This document shows, piece by piece, positions 29,544-40,237 of a DNA stretch of 64,000 nt. The translations under genes were made by a program, and so were the position numbers. Positions within the stretch are counted from its first letter, which is position 1. Every line of letters starts with the position of its first letter. Source of the DNA: Deltaproteobacteria bacterium (lineage in GTDB: Bacteria > Bdellovibrionota > FAC87 > UBA2466); NCBI GenBank assembly GCA_016196825.1, contig JACPWY010000007.1, positions 2,468-66,467 of the forward strand, read 5' to 3'. A model generated the notes under the pieces. That model was given only the letters and a program-made list of their open reading frames with translations, made no database searches and was not told the DNA's origin.

Positions 29544-30410
29544 GTGGATGGGGTGCAAACACGCGAGTTGAGAGGGCTCGAATCGGGGTGGATTGAGCTC
29601 GGGGAGGAGCACCATCCTATTCTCCTGATGATTCATGGTTATCCGGACACGCCGCTGGTCTGGGAATATCAAACACGCCATTTTGCAAAATCGTTTCAGG
29701 TGATCTGCCCCTTTGTTCGGGGGGAAGGGCCGTCGAAGGGGAGTCGCGATCTGCGCCGCTTTGGTGTGCGCTCTCAATCGCTCGATTTTCTGCAGATGTT
29801 GAAAGAGATTGATCCGTCGGGGGAGAGGCCCGTCTACCTTGTGGGCCACGATCTGGGCGCTGTTCACGCCTGGAATCTGGCGCCGCTGATAGGCCCCCGC
29901 CTCAAGGGTCTCGTAATCTTCAACGGCCTGAGCCTTCTCCAGATGTTGCAAAAACTGAAGAGCCCGCGCCAGCATCTGCGCTCCTGGTACATCTATGGCA
30001 TGCAACTTCCTTGGCTGCCGGGGTTTATCACCCGTCGCTTTCCAGAGCGGCTGGCCCGATTTGCCTATGATCTGGGGCAGCTGCCCAACGAGAAGCGCCC
30101 GGAGGTGGCGGCTGACTCGCTCAGTGTCCCCTTGAAACAGTATCGAGCCTTCTTGCGGGACATGCTTCGGCAAGCTCGTCAGCCTCAGCGTCCTCTGTCG
30201 GCGCCAGTCCTTGTTGTGTGGGGAGAGCGCGATCCATTTTTTAACAATCTGTCGGTGAAGGACTTCGAGGGGTTTGCGGATAACGTCACCGTTCGTTGCC
30301 TGCCGAAGGGGCACTGGGTATTCAGAGAGGAACCCGAGCAGGTGAATCGGCTACTCGAGAATTTTTTTTGGCAGGACCCTACTGGAGGTCATGATGCTCC
30401 CCACAGTTGA
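29544..30410 (+). CDS. Alpha/beta hydrolase, epoxide hydrolase-like
   Basis: HGYPD, GHDLG (Asp nucleophile), RSWY, GHW. Confidence 0.85.
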   Translation: MDGVQTRELRGLESGWIELGEEHHPILLMIHGYPDTPLVWEYQTRHFAKSFQVICPFVRGEGPSKGSRDLRRFGVRSQSLDFLQMLKEIDPSGERPVYLVGHDLGAVHAWNLAPLIGPRLKGLVIFNGLSLLQMLQKLKSPRQHLRSWYIYGMQLPWLPGFITRRFPERLARFAYDLGQLPNEKRPEVAADSLSVPLKQYRAFLRDMLRQARQPQRPLSAPVLVVWGERDPFFNNLSVKDFEGFADNVTVRCLPKGHWVFREEPEQVNRLLENFFWQDPTGGHDAPHS

Positions 30411-31242
30411 ACGACTCTATCGTACGGCGACGAAGGTCCAGGCGATTCCCGGCCTTCATTATCTCGTTCCGCCGCCCAATGTGGTGGCCTCCGATGACAC
30501 CAAGGCTGGGTTTCTGGAGTGCCAGCGTCTCGCGCAGGAGGCGGTGAAGGAGGTGGCTTCCTGCATTCGCCCCGGTTGGACCGAGCTCCAGACCGCCGAC
30601 CTCATCGAGACCTATCTGCGCGATCAGGGTGTGCCCCAGTTTTTTCACAAGCCCTACGTGTGGTTTGGTGATCGCAGTCGCTTTGATGGGATCGGTGGGT
30701 ATGCGGCGTTCATGCCGACGGCGAGAGTGCTTCGCGAGGCCGAGCCTTTTATCCTCGACGTGGCCCCGATTCTAAAAGGGTTTATCTCGGACATCGGGTA
30801 CTCCGATTGTCTCGGTGAGAACAAGGAATTTGAAAAAGCGGTCGGGTTTCTCAAGGAGCTCCGGCAGGAAATTCCCACGCTCTTTGTGTCGGGGCGAACG
30901 GGCGGCGAGATCTGTCGCGAAATTGAGAGTCGAATCGAGGGGGCCGGTTATGAGAATCGCCATCGTTGTTATCCATTTGGGGTGATTGGCCACCGAGTCC
31001 ACCGGGTCACGCCGACGAGTGTGACGGCCCACTTTCTGAATTTTGGATGGCAGTCGTTCTGGTCTCTTCTCTCGCGCGGACTTTTGGGACAGCTTTTCAA
31101 TGGAATGACCGAGGGCGATCTCACGGGCCTCTGGGCTATCGAGCCCCATATTGGTGCGAAGGGTTTTGGGGCGAAGTTCGAGGAGATCCTCGTCGTGGAA
31201 AATGGAATGGCGAGTTGGCTGGAGGGTGAGGGATGCTACTAA
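30391..31242 (+). CDS. M24 metallopeptidase-fold protein
   Basis: Metal ligands LDVAP, SDIG, GHRVH, IEPH, FEE. Confidence 0.8.
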   Translation: MMLPTVERLYRTATKVQAIPGLHYLVPPPNVVASDDTKAGFLECQRLAQEAVKEVASCIRPGWTELQTADLIETYLRDQGVPQFFHKPYVWFGDRSRFDGIGGYAAFMPTARVLREAEPFILDVAPILKGFISDIGYSDCLGENKEFEKAVGFLKELRQEIPTLFVSGRTGGEICREIESRIEGAGYENRHRCYPFGVIGHRVHRVTPTSVTAHFLNFGWQSFWSLLSRGLLGQLFNGMTEGDLTGLWAIEPHIGAKGFGAKFEEILVVENGMASWLEGEGCY

Positions 31243-32048
31243 TCAAAACGGTCGTAATCACCGGCGCCGCGAGCGGCATCGGCCGGGCTTTGTGTGAAGA
31301 GTTTGCGCGTGGGCACCACAGGATTCTCGCGATCGATTGCGACCCCGCTGGGCTAGACGCTTTAAAGGTGAGTTTGGAGGGGAATGGGGCGAGAGTTTCG
31401 ACCGCGGTAGCCGATGTGAGCCAGAAAGCGGAGCTCGAGCGGGCGGTCGACGGACAGCGGGTGGATATCTGGGTCAACAACGCCGGCATTCACGGCAATG
31501 GCGATTTTGAGATCTGTGAAGAGGCTTTCTATCGACAAGTCGTTGGGGTGAATCTTTTCGGGGTCATGCACGGGACACGCATTGCTTTAGATCAGATGGA
31601 AAAGCGAGGGGCCGGAACCATCGTGAACATGGCCTCGGTGGCGGGGCATGTGCCGAGCCCCTTTATGTCGATCTATGGAGCAACCAAGCACGGGGTTGTG
31701 GGGTTCACACGCTCGCTCCAGGCGGAGCTCAAGGTGAAGCGATCGAACACGCGCCTGATTCTGGTCTCGCCCGGTTTTGTGAAGACGCCGCTTTTGGGAA
31801 AGGACGAGCGTTTTCAGTTTCCCAGATACCTGGAGTGGGCGATCTCCACGCCCCAGCAGGTGAGTCGGTCGGTGGTGAGTGCCGTGCGTTCGGGCCGCGC
31901 CGAGGTATTTCCCACGCTCAACGGCAAGGTCATGCGTCGCCTTTTCCAGATGATGCCCGGGGCTGCGGTGCCGATGGGGCGGATGATGTTGTCGGAGAGT
32001 GTCACCGACTACTGGATGAGGCGTCTCAAGAATCCGACGGGCGCGTGA
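31233..32048 (+). CDS. Short-chain dehydrogenase/reductase
   Basis: TGAASGIG, NNAG, YGATK. Confidence 0.92.
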   Translation: MLLIKTVVITGAASGIGRALCEEFARGHHRILAIDCDPAGLDALKVSLEGNGARVSTAVADVSQKAELERAVDGQRVDIWVNNAGIHGNGDFEICEEAFYRQVVGVNLFGVMHGTRIALDQMEKRGAGTIVNMASVAGHVPSPFMSIYGATKHGVVGFTRSLQAELKVKRSNTRLILVSPGFVKTPLLGKDERFQFPRYLEWAISTPQQVSRSVVSAVRSGRAEVFPTLNGKVMRRLFQMMPGAAVPMGRMMLSESVTDYWMRRLKNPTGA

Positions 32049-32115
32049 TTAGGGTAGGGATGTTGGGACAAGTTGGTCACTTGCGTTCTCCGGGGTGGGG
32101 GTCTAACCTCGCGGC

Positions 32116-32964
32116 ATGAGACGAAAACTCCATTATGAGAACATTTTCTGGATCGGTCTGATCCACATTTTGGCGCTCGCCGCGATTCCGTTTTTCACCT
32201 GGAGTGCGCTCGCCGTTTGTCTGATCATGCTGTTCACGATCTCTCCGATTGGCGTCAACATGACCTATCACCGGCTTCTCACGCATCGGGGATTCAAGGT
32301 GCCGACGTGGCTTGAGTACATTTTTTCCACCATTGCCGCGATGTCGTCGCAGGGGCCAATGATGTTATGGGTGGCCGAGCATCGTTTGCACCACCGCTTC
32401 TCCGACAAGCCGGGAGATCCGCACAGCCCGCGCGAGGGTTTTTGGCACGCGCACATGACCCATCTTTTCTTTCACAAGGATTTTGAAGATGAGAAGAGTC
32501 AGTGGTTGAAATATGTGCCGGATCTGACCTGCCACCCGTACTACCATTTTCTGAATAAGTACTATGTGCTCTTCATCGCTCTGCCGGCTCCTTTCCTGTA
32601 TTTGGCCGGCGGAATGCCCTGGCTCATGTGGGGCATGTTCGTTCGCATTGTGCTCATGTGGCACGTGACCTGGTCGGTGAATTCGATGTGCCATCGATTT
32701 GGCTACTCGAATTACGACACGAAAGATCTGTCCACGAATTTCTGGCTCACCGGCCTGGTGGGTGCGGGTGAAGGGTGGCACAACAACCACCACGCTCAAC
32801 CAGCCTGTGCCTCCCATGGCCATTATTGGTACGAGTTGGATTTTACCTATGGACTCATCCGGGGTCTTGAGCTTCTGGGCCTTGCGACCGAGGTGAGGCG
32901 TCCGGTTCGGGATCGGAAAGTCATCACCGCGGAGAACTACCAGATGGCTCCCGAGCCAGCGTAG
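32116..32964 (+). CDS. Membrane fatty acid (delta-9 type) desaturase
   Basis: His boxes HRLLTH, HRLHH, GEGWHNNHH. Confidence 0.92.
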   Translation: MRRKLHYENIFWIGLIHILALAAIPFFTWSALAVCLIMLFTISPIGVNMTYHRLLTHRGFKVPTWLEYIFSTIAAMSSQGPMMLWVAEHRLHHRFSDKPGDPHSPREGFWHAHMTHLFFHKDFEDEKSQWLKYVPDLTCHPYYHFLNKYYVLFIALPAPFLYLAGGMPWLMWGMFVRIVLMWHVTWSVNSMCHRFGYSNYDTKDLSTNFWLTGLVGAGEGWHNNHHAQPACASHGHYWYELDFTYGLIRGLELLGLATEVRRPVRDRKVITAENYQMAPEPA

Positions 32965-32973
32965 GACTGACCT

Positions 32974-35166
32974 GTGCAGCAGCCGCCCTCGGAAAATCTT
33001 CAGGGCGCCGTTGAACGCGTTACCTTTCACAGTGAAGAGAGTGGCTATTGCGTTGTGAAGATCCGGGCCAAGGGGCACCGGGAACTCATCACGCTCCTGG
33101 GCCATTTGCCGTCGATTTCGGCGGGGGAGCACATCGAAGCCACCGGCGAGTGGGTGCAACACCCCGAGTATGGATCGCAGTTTCGGGCAGCCACGCTTCG
33201 ATCCATTCCGCCCACCACTCTCGAAGGGATCGAGCGCTATTTGGGATCGGGGCTCATCAAAGGGATTGGGCCTCAGTTTGCCAAGCGGCTCGTCGAGACC
33301 TTTGGCGACGATGTGCTCGATGTGATCGAAAACGATCCGAGGCGATTGAGGAAGGTGCCGGGAATCGGGCCGACGCGAATTGGAAAAATATCTCAGGCGT
33401 GGCGCGAGCAGAAAGTTGTGCGTGACATCATGGTCTTTCTCCAATCGCATGGGGTCTCGACCCTTAAAGCGGCTCGGATCTATAAAACCTATGGCCAAAA
33501 TGCGATCGAGCGGGTGAAGCAGAATCCTTACCACCTGGCTCGGGATGTGAGCGGAATTGGATTTAAGAGCGCCGATCAGATCGCGCGCGATCTCGGTGTG
33601 CCGGACAACTCGATCGTGCGCGCGCGAGCGGGTTTGCAGCACGTTCTTTCCGAACAGATTTCGCACGGTCACTGCGCCTTCCCTGTCGATGAATTAATCC
33701 CTAAGGCGGGGGAGCTACTTCAGATCGACACCGCCACGCTGACTGAGGCGCTTCGTTTAGAGATTGGTGAGGGGGACCTGATCGAAGAACGAATCGATGA
33801 GCGAGTGTGTGTCTTTAATAAAAGACTCCTCTTCCACGAGAAGGGAGTGGCTTTGGAGTTCATGCGAATCGCAGAGGGGGTCTTGCCCTGGGCGGGGCTC
33901 GACACCAAAAAGGCCATTGTGTGGGTGGAGGAGAGCCTTAGGATTTCGCTCGCTGACCTTCAGAGGGAGGCGATCGAAAAGGCACTCAGTTCGAAAGTCT
34001 TGGTGATCACCGGCGGGCCGGGAACGGGTAAAACCACGCTCACCCGGTCGCTTGTGACGATTCTCGCTTCGAAGCGAGTGAGGCTGGCGCTGTGCTCGCC
34101 GACGGGGCGGGCGGCGAAGCGCTTGAGCGAGTGTACGGGGCTCCAGGCGAAGACGATCCATCGGCTCCTCGAGGTGGATGGGGCCAACGGTGGATTCTTG
34201 CGCGATCGGGGAAACTCGCTTGAGGCCGATCTCATTATCGTGGATGAGGCCTCGATGGTGGATGTGACGCTGATGCACTGTCTGCTCCAGGCGATTCCTT
34301 CACAGGCGGCGCTGCTCATCGTGGGGGATGCCGATCAGTTGCCCTCGGTCGGTCCGGGCCGTGTGCTCGGTTCGCTCATCAAGTCGGGCGCTGTGCCGGT
34401 TGTTCGTCTGACGCAGGTGTTTCGTCAGGCTGCCGTGAGCCGTATCATCACCAATGCTCATCGGGTGAATGAAGGAAAGATGCCCGAAGTAACCAATTCG
34501 GATCCCCAGTCCGATTTTTTCTTTCTCGAATCCGAGAACCCCGCCGATATCCTTCGGCTAGTCGTGGATCTGGTGAAGCGCCGATTGCCGCAAAAGTATG
34601 GCTGCGATCCCAAGCGCGATATTCAGGTGCTTTGTCCAATGAATCGCGGGGGGCTCGGGACGCGATCACTGAACACCGAACTTCAGAAGGCGCTCAATCC
34701 CGATCCGAGCGCGAAGGTCGAAAAGTTTGGAATCACATTCGGGGTCGGTGACAAGGTCATGGTGATCCAGAACGACTACGATAAAGATGTTTTCAACGGC
34801 GACATCGGATGGATCACCAAGCTCGACACCGAAGAGCAGATCGCGACGGTTGAGCTCGATGATCGAGCGGTGGAGTTCGCCTTCTCGGAGCTCGATATCC
34901 TGGCGCTCGCCTATTCTATTTCGATCCACAAATCGCAGGGGTCGGAGTATCCGATTGTGGTGATCCCGCTGGCCACCCAGCACGCCGTGATGCTCAAGCG
35001 CAACCTGATCTACACCGGAATGACACGCGGCAAGAAACTCGTCGTCATGGTGGGGCAGCGGAAGGCGTTGGCGATGGCGGTTGATTCGCGGGATCAGGGG
35101 CGCCGTTGGGACAATCTAGCAGCGCGTCTCGTCGCCTCTCCCAGGCCGGTTTCCGATTTCCAATAA
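32974..35166 (+). CDS. recD2: ATP-dependent RecD2-like DNA helicase
   Basis: N-terminal OB/HhH, GGPGTGKT, DEASM, QVFRQ, HKSQGSE, YTGMTR. Confidence 0.95.
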   Translation: MQQPPSENLQGAVERVTFHSEESGYCVVKIRAKGHRELITLLGHLPSISAGEHIEATGEWVQHPEYGSQFRAATLRSIPPTTLEGIERYLGSGLIKGIGPQFAKRLVETFGDDVLDVIENDPRRLRKVPGIGPTRIGKISQAWREQKVVRDIMVFLQSHGVSTLKAARIYKTYGQNAIERVKQNPYHLARDVSGIGFKSADQIARDLGVPDNSIVRARAGLQHVLSEQISHGHCAFPVDELIPKAGELLQIDTATLTEALRLEIGEGDLIEERIDERVCVFNKRLLFHEKGVALEFMRIAEGVLPWAGLDTKKAIVWVEESLRISLADLQREAIEKALSSKVLVITGGPGTGKTTLTRSLVTILASKRVRLALCSPTGRAAKRLSECTGLQAKTIHRLLEVDGANGGFLRDRGNSLEADLIIVDEASMVDVTLMHCLLQAIPSQAALLIVGDADQLPSVGPGRVLGSLIKSGAVPVVRLTQVFRQAAVSRIITNAHRVNEGKMPEVTNSDPQSDFFFLESENPADILRLVVDLVKRRLPQKYGCDPKRDIQVLCPMNRGGLGTRSLNTELQKALNPDPSAKVEKFGITFGVGDKVMVIQNDYDKDVFNGDIGWITKLDTEEQIATVELDDRAVEFAFSELDILALAYSISIHKSQGSEYPIVVIPLATQHAVMLKRNLIYTGMTRGKKLVVMVGQRKALAMAVDSRDQGRRWDNLAARLVASPRPVSDFQ

Positions 35167-35192
35167 GAGACGCTTCCACTAAAATTGGAACT

Positions 35193-37880
35193 ATGCAAAA
35201 AATCTTGGGGTGGACGTTCGTTTTGGCAAGCAGGTGTCTGTGGGCCGACGCGATGCTACCCGGCGTTGAGTCGTCGGAGATCGGTAGCCTAGTCGCCGGT
35301 TACATTGGCCAGCTCACTCTCCCGGGTAAGGTGGAGCATCACAAGAAAATTGCGGCGCTGGTCGCCAAAAACTCGAAGTATCAAAGAGCCTTGCTTGCGA
35401 CACTCGTGAAGCAGAGCCAGGTGCAGGGCCTGGAGCCACTCAAGAAGTTGTTGCCCGCTCCGCTCGCCGCGCTTGAGAAGGCGTTACCAGCGGCCCCGAA
35501 TGCGAGCCTCTTCGGAGGCGGATTGATCGCGCCCCCCACGGGAACCTGGCTCATGCCAATCCCATTTCTTGAAGACTCTCCGCTTGAGGCGAGTGTCGCG
35601 ACCGGTGTGAAGAGCCATATCCTCTCGCCTGACGAGGTGCTTGAGCTTCAACGCAATCCCGGTTGGCTCTGTCTCCCCGACGGCCAGGCGGTGCGTACGG
35701 ATGCTGTTGTCCGCATGGTCTATCCGCGCAAAAGAGCCGAGCGGGAACGGCTTGAAAAGGGGGATGCCGAGAGCGCGATCAACGATTGGCGCGATCTGCT
35801 CAAATCCGCCGATGCCGGCAGCAATTCCGATGAGCAGCTTAAGATCGGTCTCGACAATTTTTGCCTAAAGCATCCGCTGAGCCCCCAGTGTGACCTGGCG
35901 GAAAAGGCGATTACGCCTCCCGTCGCCAAAGGAAAGGCGCCGATTGAAACGGGCCTCCTCGCCATGGCCGGGTCCGAGAACTCTGAGCAGAGGGACCTCT
36001 ACCAGCGCACGCTTCTCAAGATGGCGAGGCCCGATCTGGACGCCTTTCGAAAAAGGGTTCTTCTCGATCCGTCCGGTGAACACGCCTGCACCGTCATGCA
36101 CCTCTCCGATCCCCACCGGCTTTCGAAAGGTCTGAAGGCAGTCAGTCCGTCGCACGCGATGACGCCGGTTTTGATGAGACTTTTGCCTGAGCTTGCGGCC
36201 AATGGCGACCAGGGGGGCCTCGCGCGTGTGGCTCCGTGGATCAATGATTCGGCGATTCCATCGCTGGTGAAGAGGCTTTCGAGCGCATCGGAGGAGTCAC
36301 GCACCTTTTCCGCCGATATTTTGGGAAACTTCGGTGTGCGTGTCGTGGCGGCCTTGATTGCGGCACTCAATGACTTGGATCCCAATGTGCGACTGGGGGC
36401 CGCCCATGCCCTGGGGAAGATTGGCGAGAAGGCCGAGCCTTCCGTGTTCACACTGACCCGTTTGATCAAGGATCCTGAGAGCAAGATGCGGCAGAATGTG
36501 GCAGAGGCTCTGGGAAAAATCGGAAAGAAGGCGGCCAAGGCAATCCCCGCTCTCACCGAAGCGCTCGCGGATGCCGATGCTGGCGTAAAGGCCAATGCGG
36601 CAGAGGCGATCGGAGCCATCGGAGGAAACGCCCAAGAGCTCGTGCTGCCGCTCACAAAACTTTTAGCCGATTCCACTCCTCTCGTGCGCGCGAGTGCGGC
36701 GGCGGCGCTTGGAAAATTTGGCAACGCGGCCACCTCAGCCGTTCCAGCTTTGGTTCTTTTATTGAAAGATTCCGAAAAATTCGTGAAGCTCAATGCTTCG
36801 GAGGCACTGGGACTGATCGGAGCCGAATCGTCTGTGGCTCTCTTTGATGGGTTAGCGAGTGAAGATGAGACGATGCGTGAGATATTGACGGCCGGTATCG
36901 TGAAGCTAGGCCGAAAGGCGGTGCCGTTACTTATCAAGGAGGTTTCCAATGCGAGTGCGGCCGTCCGTGCCTCGGCGATCGGAGCGTTGGGAAAAATTGG
37001 CGACCAGGCTGCGGCCGAGTCCACGTCAATTGTGGCGGAGGCCATGACAGACGATAGCGGTTTGGTGCGGGCCACGGCGGCCGACACTTTGGGGGCCTTT
37101 GGCCCGAAGGCGTCTATCGCGATTCTGGCCCTGATCAAAGGTCTCGAAGACACCGATGAGAATGTGGCGACGAGCGCCTCGATGGCACTCTCTCAGATGG
37201 GGCCCGAGGCCTATGGCCCCGTGATTGGAGTTTTTTCGCATCCGAAAAAGGAGGTGCGCAAACTTGCTGCGGAATCGTTGGGCACGATGAAGGAGACCGT
37301 GATCCCTGTTTTGGTGGCTGCATTGAACGATCGCAATGAGACTGTGCGAGAATACTCGGCCATGACGCTCGGACTGATGGGTGAGCGTGCGGGTTCTGCC
37401 GTGCCTGCTCTTATGAAGTGTGCGGAAAATGAGGCCAGTTCGGTTCGCCGTTCTTCGGCTGAAGCGCTTGGGAAAATGGGAGGGCGGGCCATTGCGAGCA
37501 TTCCGTCGCTCACGCATCTTCTTCGGGATAAAGCCAAAGAGGTGCGCGAGAGTGCGGCCGCGGGGCTCCACAAGATGGGGCGCTTAGCGACGGGAGCGAT
37601 TCCTGCTTTGACCGAGGCGTTGAGCGATGACAACGATGTGGTCCGGTATTGGGCTTCAAAGGCTCTCCAAAATTTTGGCCCTAAGGCGGCGGACGCCGTG
37701 CCCGCGCTCACCTTGGCGCTCGCCGATGAGACCGAAACGGTCCGTGCCAATGCGGCCAAGGCTCTGGGAACCATAGGGCTCAGGGCCAAAACGGCGATGC
37801 CCCAGCTCGGGAAGGCGCTCGACGACACCGACAAACACGTGCGATCGAACGCTCAGTGGGCGCTGGAGCAGCTGCGCTAG
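35193..37880 (+). CDS. Secreted HEAT (PBS-lyase-like) repeat protein
   Basis: Signal peptide; long array of VR..AA.ALG.IG repeats. Confidence 0.85.
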   Translation: MQKILGWTFVLASRCLWADAMLPGVESSEIGSLVAGYIGQLTLPGKVEHHKKIAALVAKNSKYQRALLATLVKQSQVQGLEPLKKLLPAPLAALEKALPAAPNASLFGGGLIAPPTGTWLMPIPFLEDSPLEASVATGVKSHILSPDEVLELQRNPGWLCLPDGQAVRTDAVVRMVYPRKRAERERLEKGDAESAINDWRDLLKSADAGSNSDEQLKIGLDNFCLKHPLSPQCDLAEKAITPPVAKGKAPIETGLLAMAGSENSEQRDLYQRTLLKMARPDLDAFRKRVLLDPSGEHACTVMHLSDPHRLSKGLKAVSPSHAMTPVLMRLLPELAANGDQGGLARVAPWINDSAIPSLVKRLSSASEESRTFSADILGNFGVRVVAALIAALNDLDPNVRLGAAHALGKIGEKAEPSVFTLTRLIKDPESKMRQNVAEALGKIGKKAAKAIPALTEALADADAGVKANAAEAIGAIGGNAQELVLPLTKLLADSTPLVRASAAAALGKFGNAATSAVPALVLLLKDSEKFVKLNASEALGLIGAESSVALFDGLASEDETMREILTAGIVKLGRKAVPLLIKEVSNASAAVRASAIGALGKIGDQAAAESTSIVAEAMTDDSGLVRATAADTLGAFGPKASIAILALIKGLEDTDENVATSASMALSQMGPEAYGPVIGVFSHPKKEVRKLAAESLGTMKETVIPVLVAALNDRNETVREYSAMTLGLMGERAGSAVPALMKCAENEASSVRRSSAEALGKMGGRAIASIPSLTHLLRDKAKEVRESAAAGLHKMGRLATGAIPALTEALSDDNDVVRYWASKALQNFGPKAADAVPALTLALADETETVRANAAKALGTIGLRAKTAMPQLGKALDDTDKHVRSNAQWALEQLR

Positions 37881-38042
37881 TGTCCTGAGTCGTATATTTC
37901 GTTACATATTCGCGAGGGGATTCGCCCGGCATGCGAGGAAGAAAGGCGCCGACGTACTGCCTGTACGTCAAGCCTTTCTGACGAAGCAGGCCGGGATGAA
38001 GCACCCGCGATTTGTAACGAAATATACGACTCAGGACACTAG
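37877..38042. mobile_element. MITE-like palindromic element with IS630-like CTAGTG termini
   Basis: Perfect 30-bp IR CTAGTGTCCTGAGTCGTATATTTCGTTACA including the CTAG ends; nested hairpins. Confidence 0.85.
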
Positions 38043-40147
38043 CCCGAGAATTTTCTAAGACGAAGAGAATTGGCGACGACGGAAATTGAGCTCAGGGCCA
38101 TCGCTCCTGCGGCGACCATGGGGTTGAGAAGCCCGAGCGCTGCGACCGGAATCGCCACGACATTGTAGAGGAAAGCCCAGAAGAGGTTCTGCCTAATAAT
38201 CCCCACCGTCCGATCCGAAAGCTCGATGGCTAGCCCGACTCGGGCAATGTCGCCCTTCAGCAGCGCAATCGACGCCGTTTCGAGGGCCACATCGGTGCCC
38301 GACCCCAAGGCAAAGCTGACATCGGCTTGAGCGAGCGCCGGGGCGTCGTTGATCCCATCACCCACCATTCCGATGATCTTGCCGGAGACTTGGAGCTTCT
38401 TGATGAGATCCGCTTTTTCAGAGGGAAGGCAAGGGGCTATCACCTCGTCGATTCCCAGCTCCTGAGCGACGTCGATGGCGGTGATTCGATGGTCGCCGCT
38501 GGCCATCACGGTGTGGATACCCAGGCGGCGGATGTGGTTAAGGGCGACCCAGGCCTTAGGTCGAATGGTGTCGGCGATTCCAAAGAGAGCGGTCAAGCGT
38601 CCGCTGACTGCCAAAAAGACCACCGTCTTTCCCTGGGCGCGATAGCGGTTGACCCGATCCTTGAGCTCGGGTTCGAGATTCGAGACTTCAGTGAAGCTTT
38701 CGTTCCCCATTCTCACCATCTGACCGGAAATCGTCCCCTGCACGCCGAGTCCCGGTGTTACTTGAAAATCGCTGAGGATCATTTCATGAGCGTCGTGGGC
38801 GCGGCAGTATTGCTTGATGGCCCGAGCGAGCGGATGCTCCGAGGCCGATTCCAACGTGAGCGCGAAGGAGAGTGACTCCTCCGCTCCTTCTTTCACCCAG
38901 GCGTCAGTGATTTCAGCCGTGCCTTGCGTGAGGGTGCCCGTCTTGTCGAATACGAGAACATCGATCTTCTGGGCGAGCTCAAGGCTTTCAGCATTGCGGA
39001 TCACTATCCCCAGTTCGGCGGCACGCCCGGTGCCAACTAGGATCGCTGTGGGGGTGGCCAGTCCAAGGGCGCAAGGGCAGGCAATCACTAGAACCGCCAC
39101 GGCTGAGAGGATCGCCTTCTCCCAGCCCTGTCCCCCTGACACCCAAAGCGCGAGTGTGGCAAAGGAAACAACGAGAACGGCCGGAACAAAGCGCCGGCTC
39201 ACCGAATCGGCGAGCCGCTGAATAGGCGCTTTCGAGGACTGGGCCGACTCGACGAGACGGATAATCTTCTGGAGGACCGTGTCCGCGCCAACCTTTTCCG
39301 CCCGCATTGCGAGGCGACCGTCGACATTGAGTGTGGCTGCCCATACGCTGTCGCCGGGTACCTTCGTCACGGGGAGACTCTCCCCGGTCAGCATCGATTC
39401 ATTGACTGAACTGCGGCCCGAGGTGATCACGCCATCGACAGGGATCGCCTCGCCGGGCCGGATCACGACGGTGTCGCCCGAGCTGATCGCGGAGGCAGCA
39501 ATCTCGATCTCTTGCCCGTCTTTTAAGATCGTGCTGCGAGCGGGAGCCAGAGAGAGAAGGCTCTTGATGGCAGCGGCGGCACGCCCCTTGGCTCGGTCCT
39601 CGAGGCAGCGCCCCAGAAGAATGAGCGTAATGATGACGGCCGCTCCCTCGAAATAGAGTTGGTGCAGCCCAGTGATGAGAGAGTAAACGCTGAAAGCGAA
39701 AGCGGCCGACGTGCCAAGCGCCACCAGAGTGTCCATGTTGGCGGAGAGGTGGCGCGCGAGTCGATGGGCGGTGGCGTAGAAATCGCGGCCGGCCCAGAGG
39801 ACTGGCAACGTGAGAAAGAGTTGGAGCCATTCGATCCACCAGGAATTATTCATCGACATGGATAGGATGAAAACGGGGGTGGTGAAACCTAGAGCGACCC
39901 AGAATCTTCGCCAGAGGGTTTTCGATTCGATGTCTGAACGGTCGGTGAAAGAGGGGTGGTATCCGAGTTCTTCGACGGCGCGGAAAACCTGGTGAGTCGA
40001 GACACTCCCGAGGACGGCCGCTCGACGCGTCGCGAGGTTCACGGTGGCGCTCTGGACACCGGGGATCGTCTTCAGGCGATTCTCAATTTTCTGAGCGCAG
40101 GAGGCGCAGTGCATGCCCTCCACATTGAATGAGAGTTCCGTCGACAC
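38039..40147 (-). CDS. copA: Cu(I)-translocating P1B-type ATPase
   Basis: [32 protein letters not shown] and MALSS motifs. Confidence 0.92.
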   Translation of the reverse strand: MSTELSFNVEGMHCASCAQKIENRLKTIPGVQSATVNLATRRAAVLGSVSTHQVFRAVEELGYHPSFTDRSDIESKTLWRRFWVALGFTTPVFILSMSMNNSWWIEWLQLFLTLPVLWAGRDFYATAHRLARHLSANMDTLVALGTSAAFAFSVYSLITGLHQLYFEGAAVIITLILLGRCLEDRAKGRAAAAIKSLLSLAPARSTILKDGQEIEIAASAISSGDTVVIRPGEAIPVDGVITSGRSSVNESMLTGESLPVTKVPGDSVWAATLNVDGRLAMRAEKVGADTVLQKIIRLVESAQSSKAPIQRLADSVSRRFVPAVLVVSFATLALWVSGGQGWEKAILSAVAVLVIACPCALGLATPTAILVGTGRAAELGIVIRNAESLELAQKIDVLVFDKTGTLTQGTAEITDAWVKEGAEESLSFALTLESASEHPLARAIKQYCRAHDAHEMILSDFQVTPGLGVQGTISGQMVRMGNESFTEVSNLEPELKDRVNRYRAQGKTVVFLAVSGRLTALFGIADTIRPKAWVALNHIRRLGIHTVMASGDHRITAIDVAQELGIDEVIAPCLPSEKADLIKKLQVSGKIIGMVGDGINDAPALAQADVSFALGSGTDVALETASIALLKGDIARVGLAIELSDRTVGIIRQNLFWAFLYNVVAIPVAALGLLNPMVAAGAMALSSISVVANSLRLRKFSG

Positions 40148-40237
40148 AGCTCGCTAGTCTACAGCAACTCCCGCCTTTAGGCTTGCCGTCCCATGGCACC
40201 TTCGTTACGATTTTTTCGGAAATCGAACAGGGAGAAT

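Noticed and set aside
32365-33672. Long antisense ORFs (also 35999-37153, 55669-56907, 7458-8438, 27143-28204, 29355-30314)
   Set aside because: Shadow frames of well-supported genes in GC-rich DNA, with no motifs of their own.
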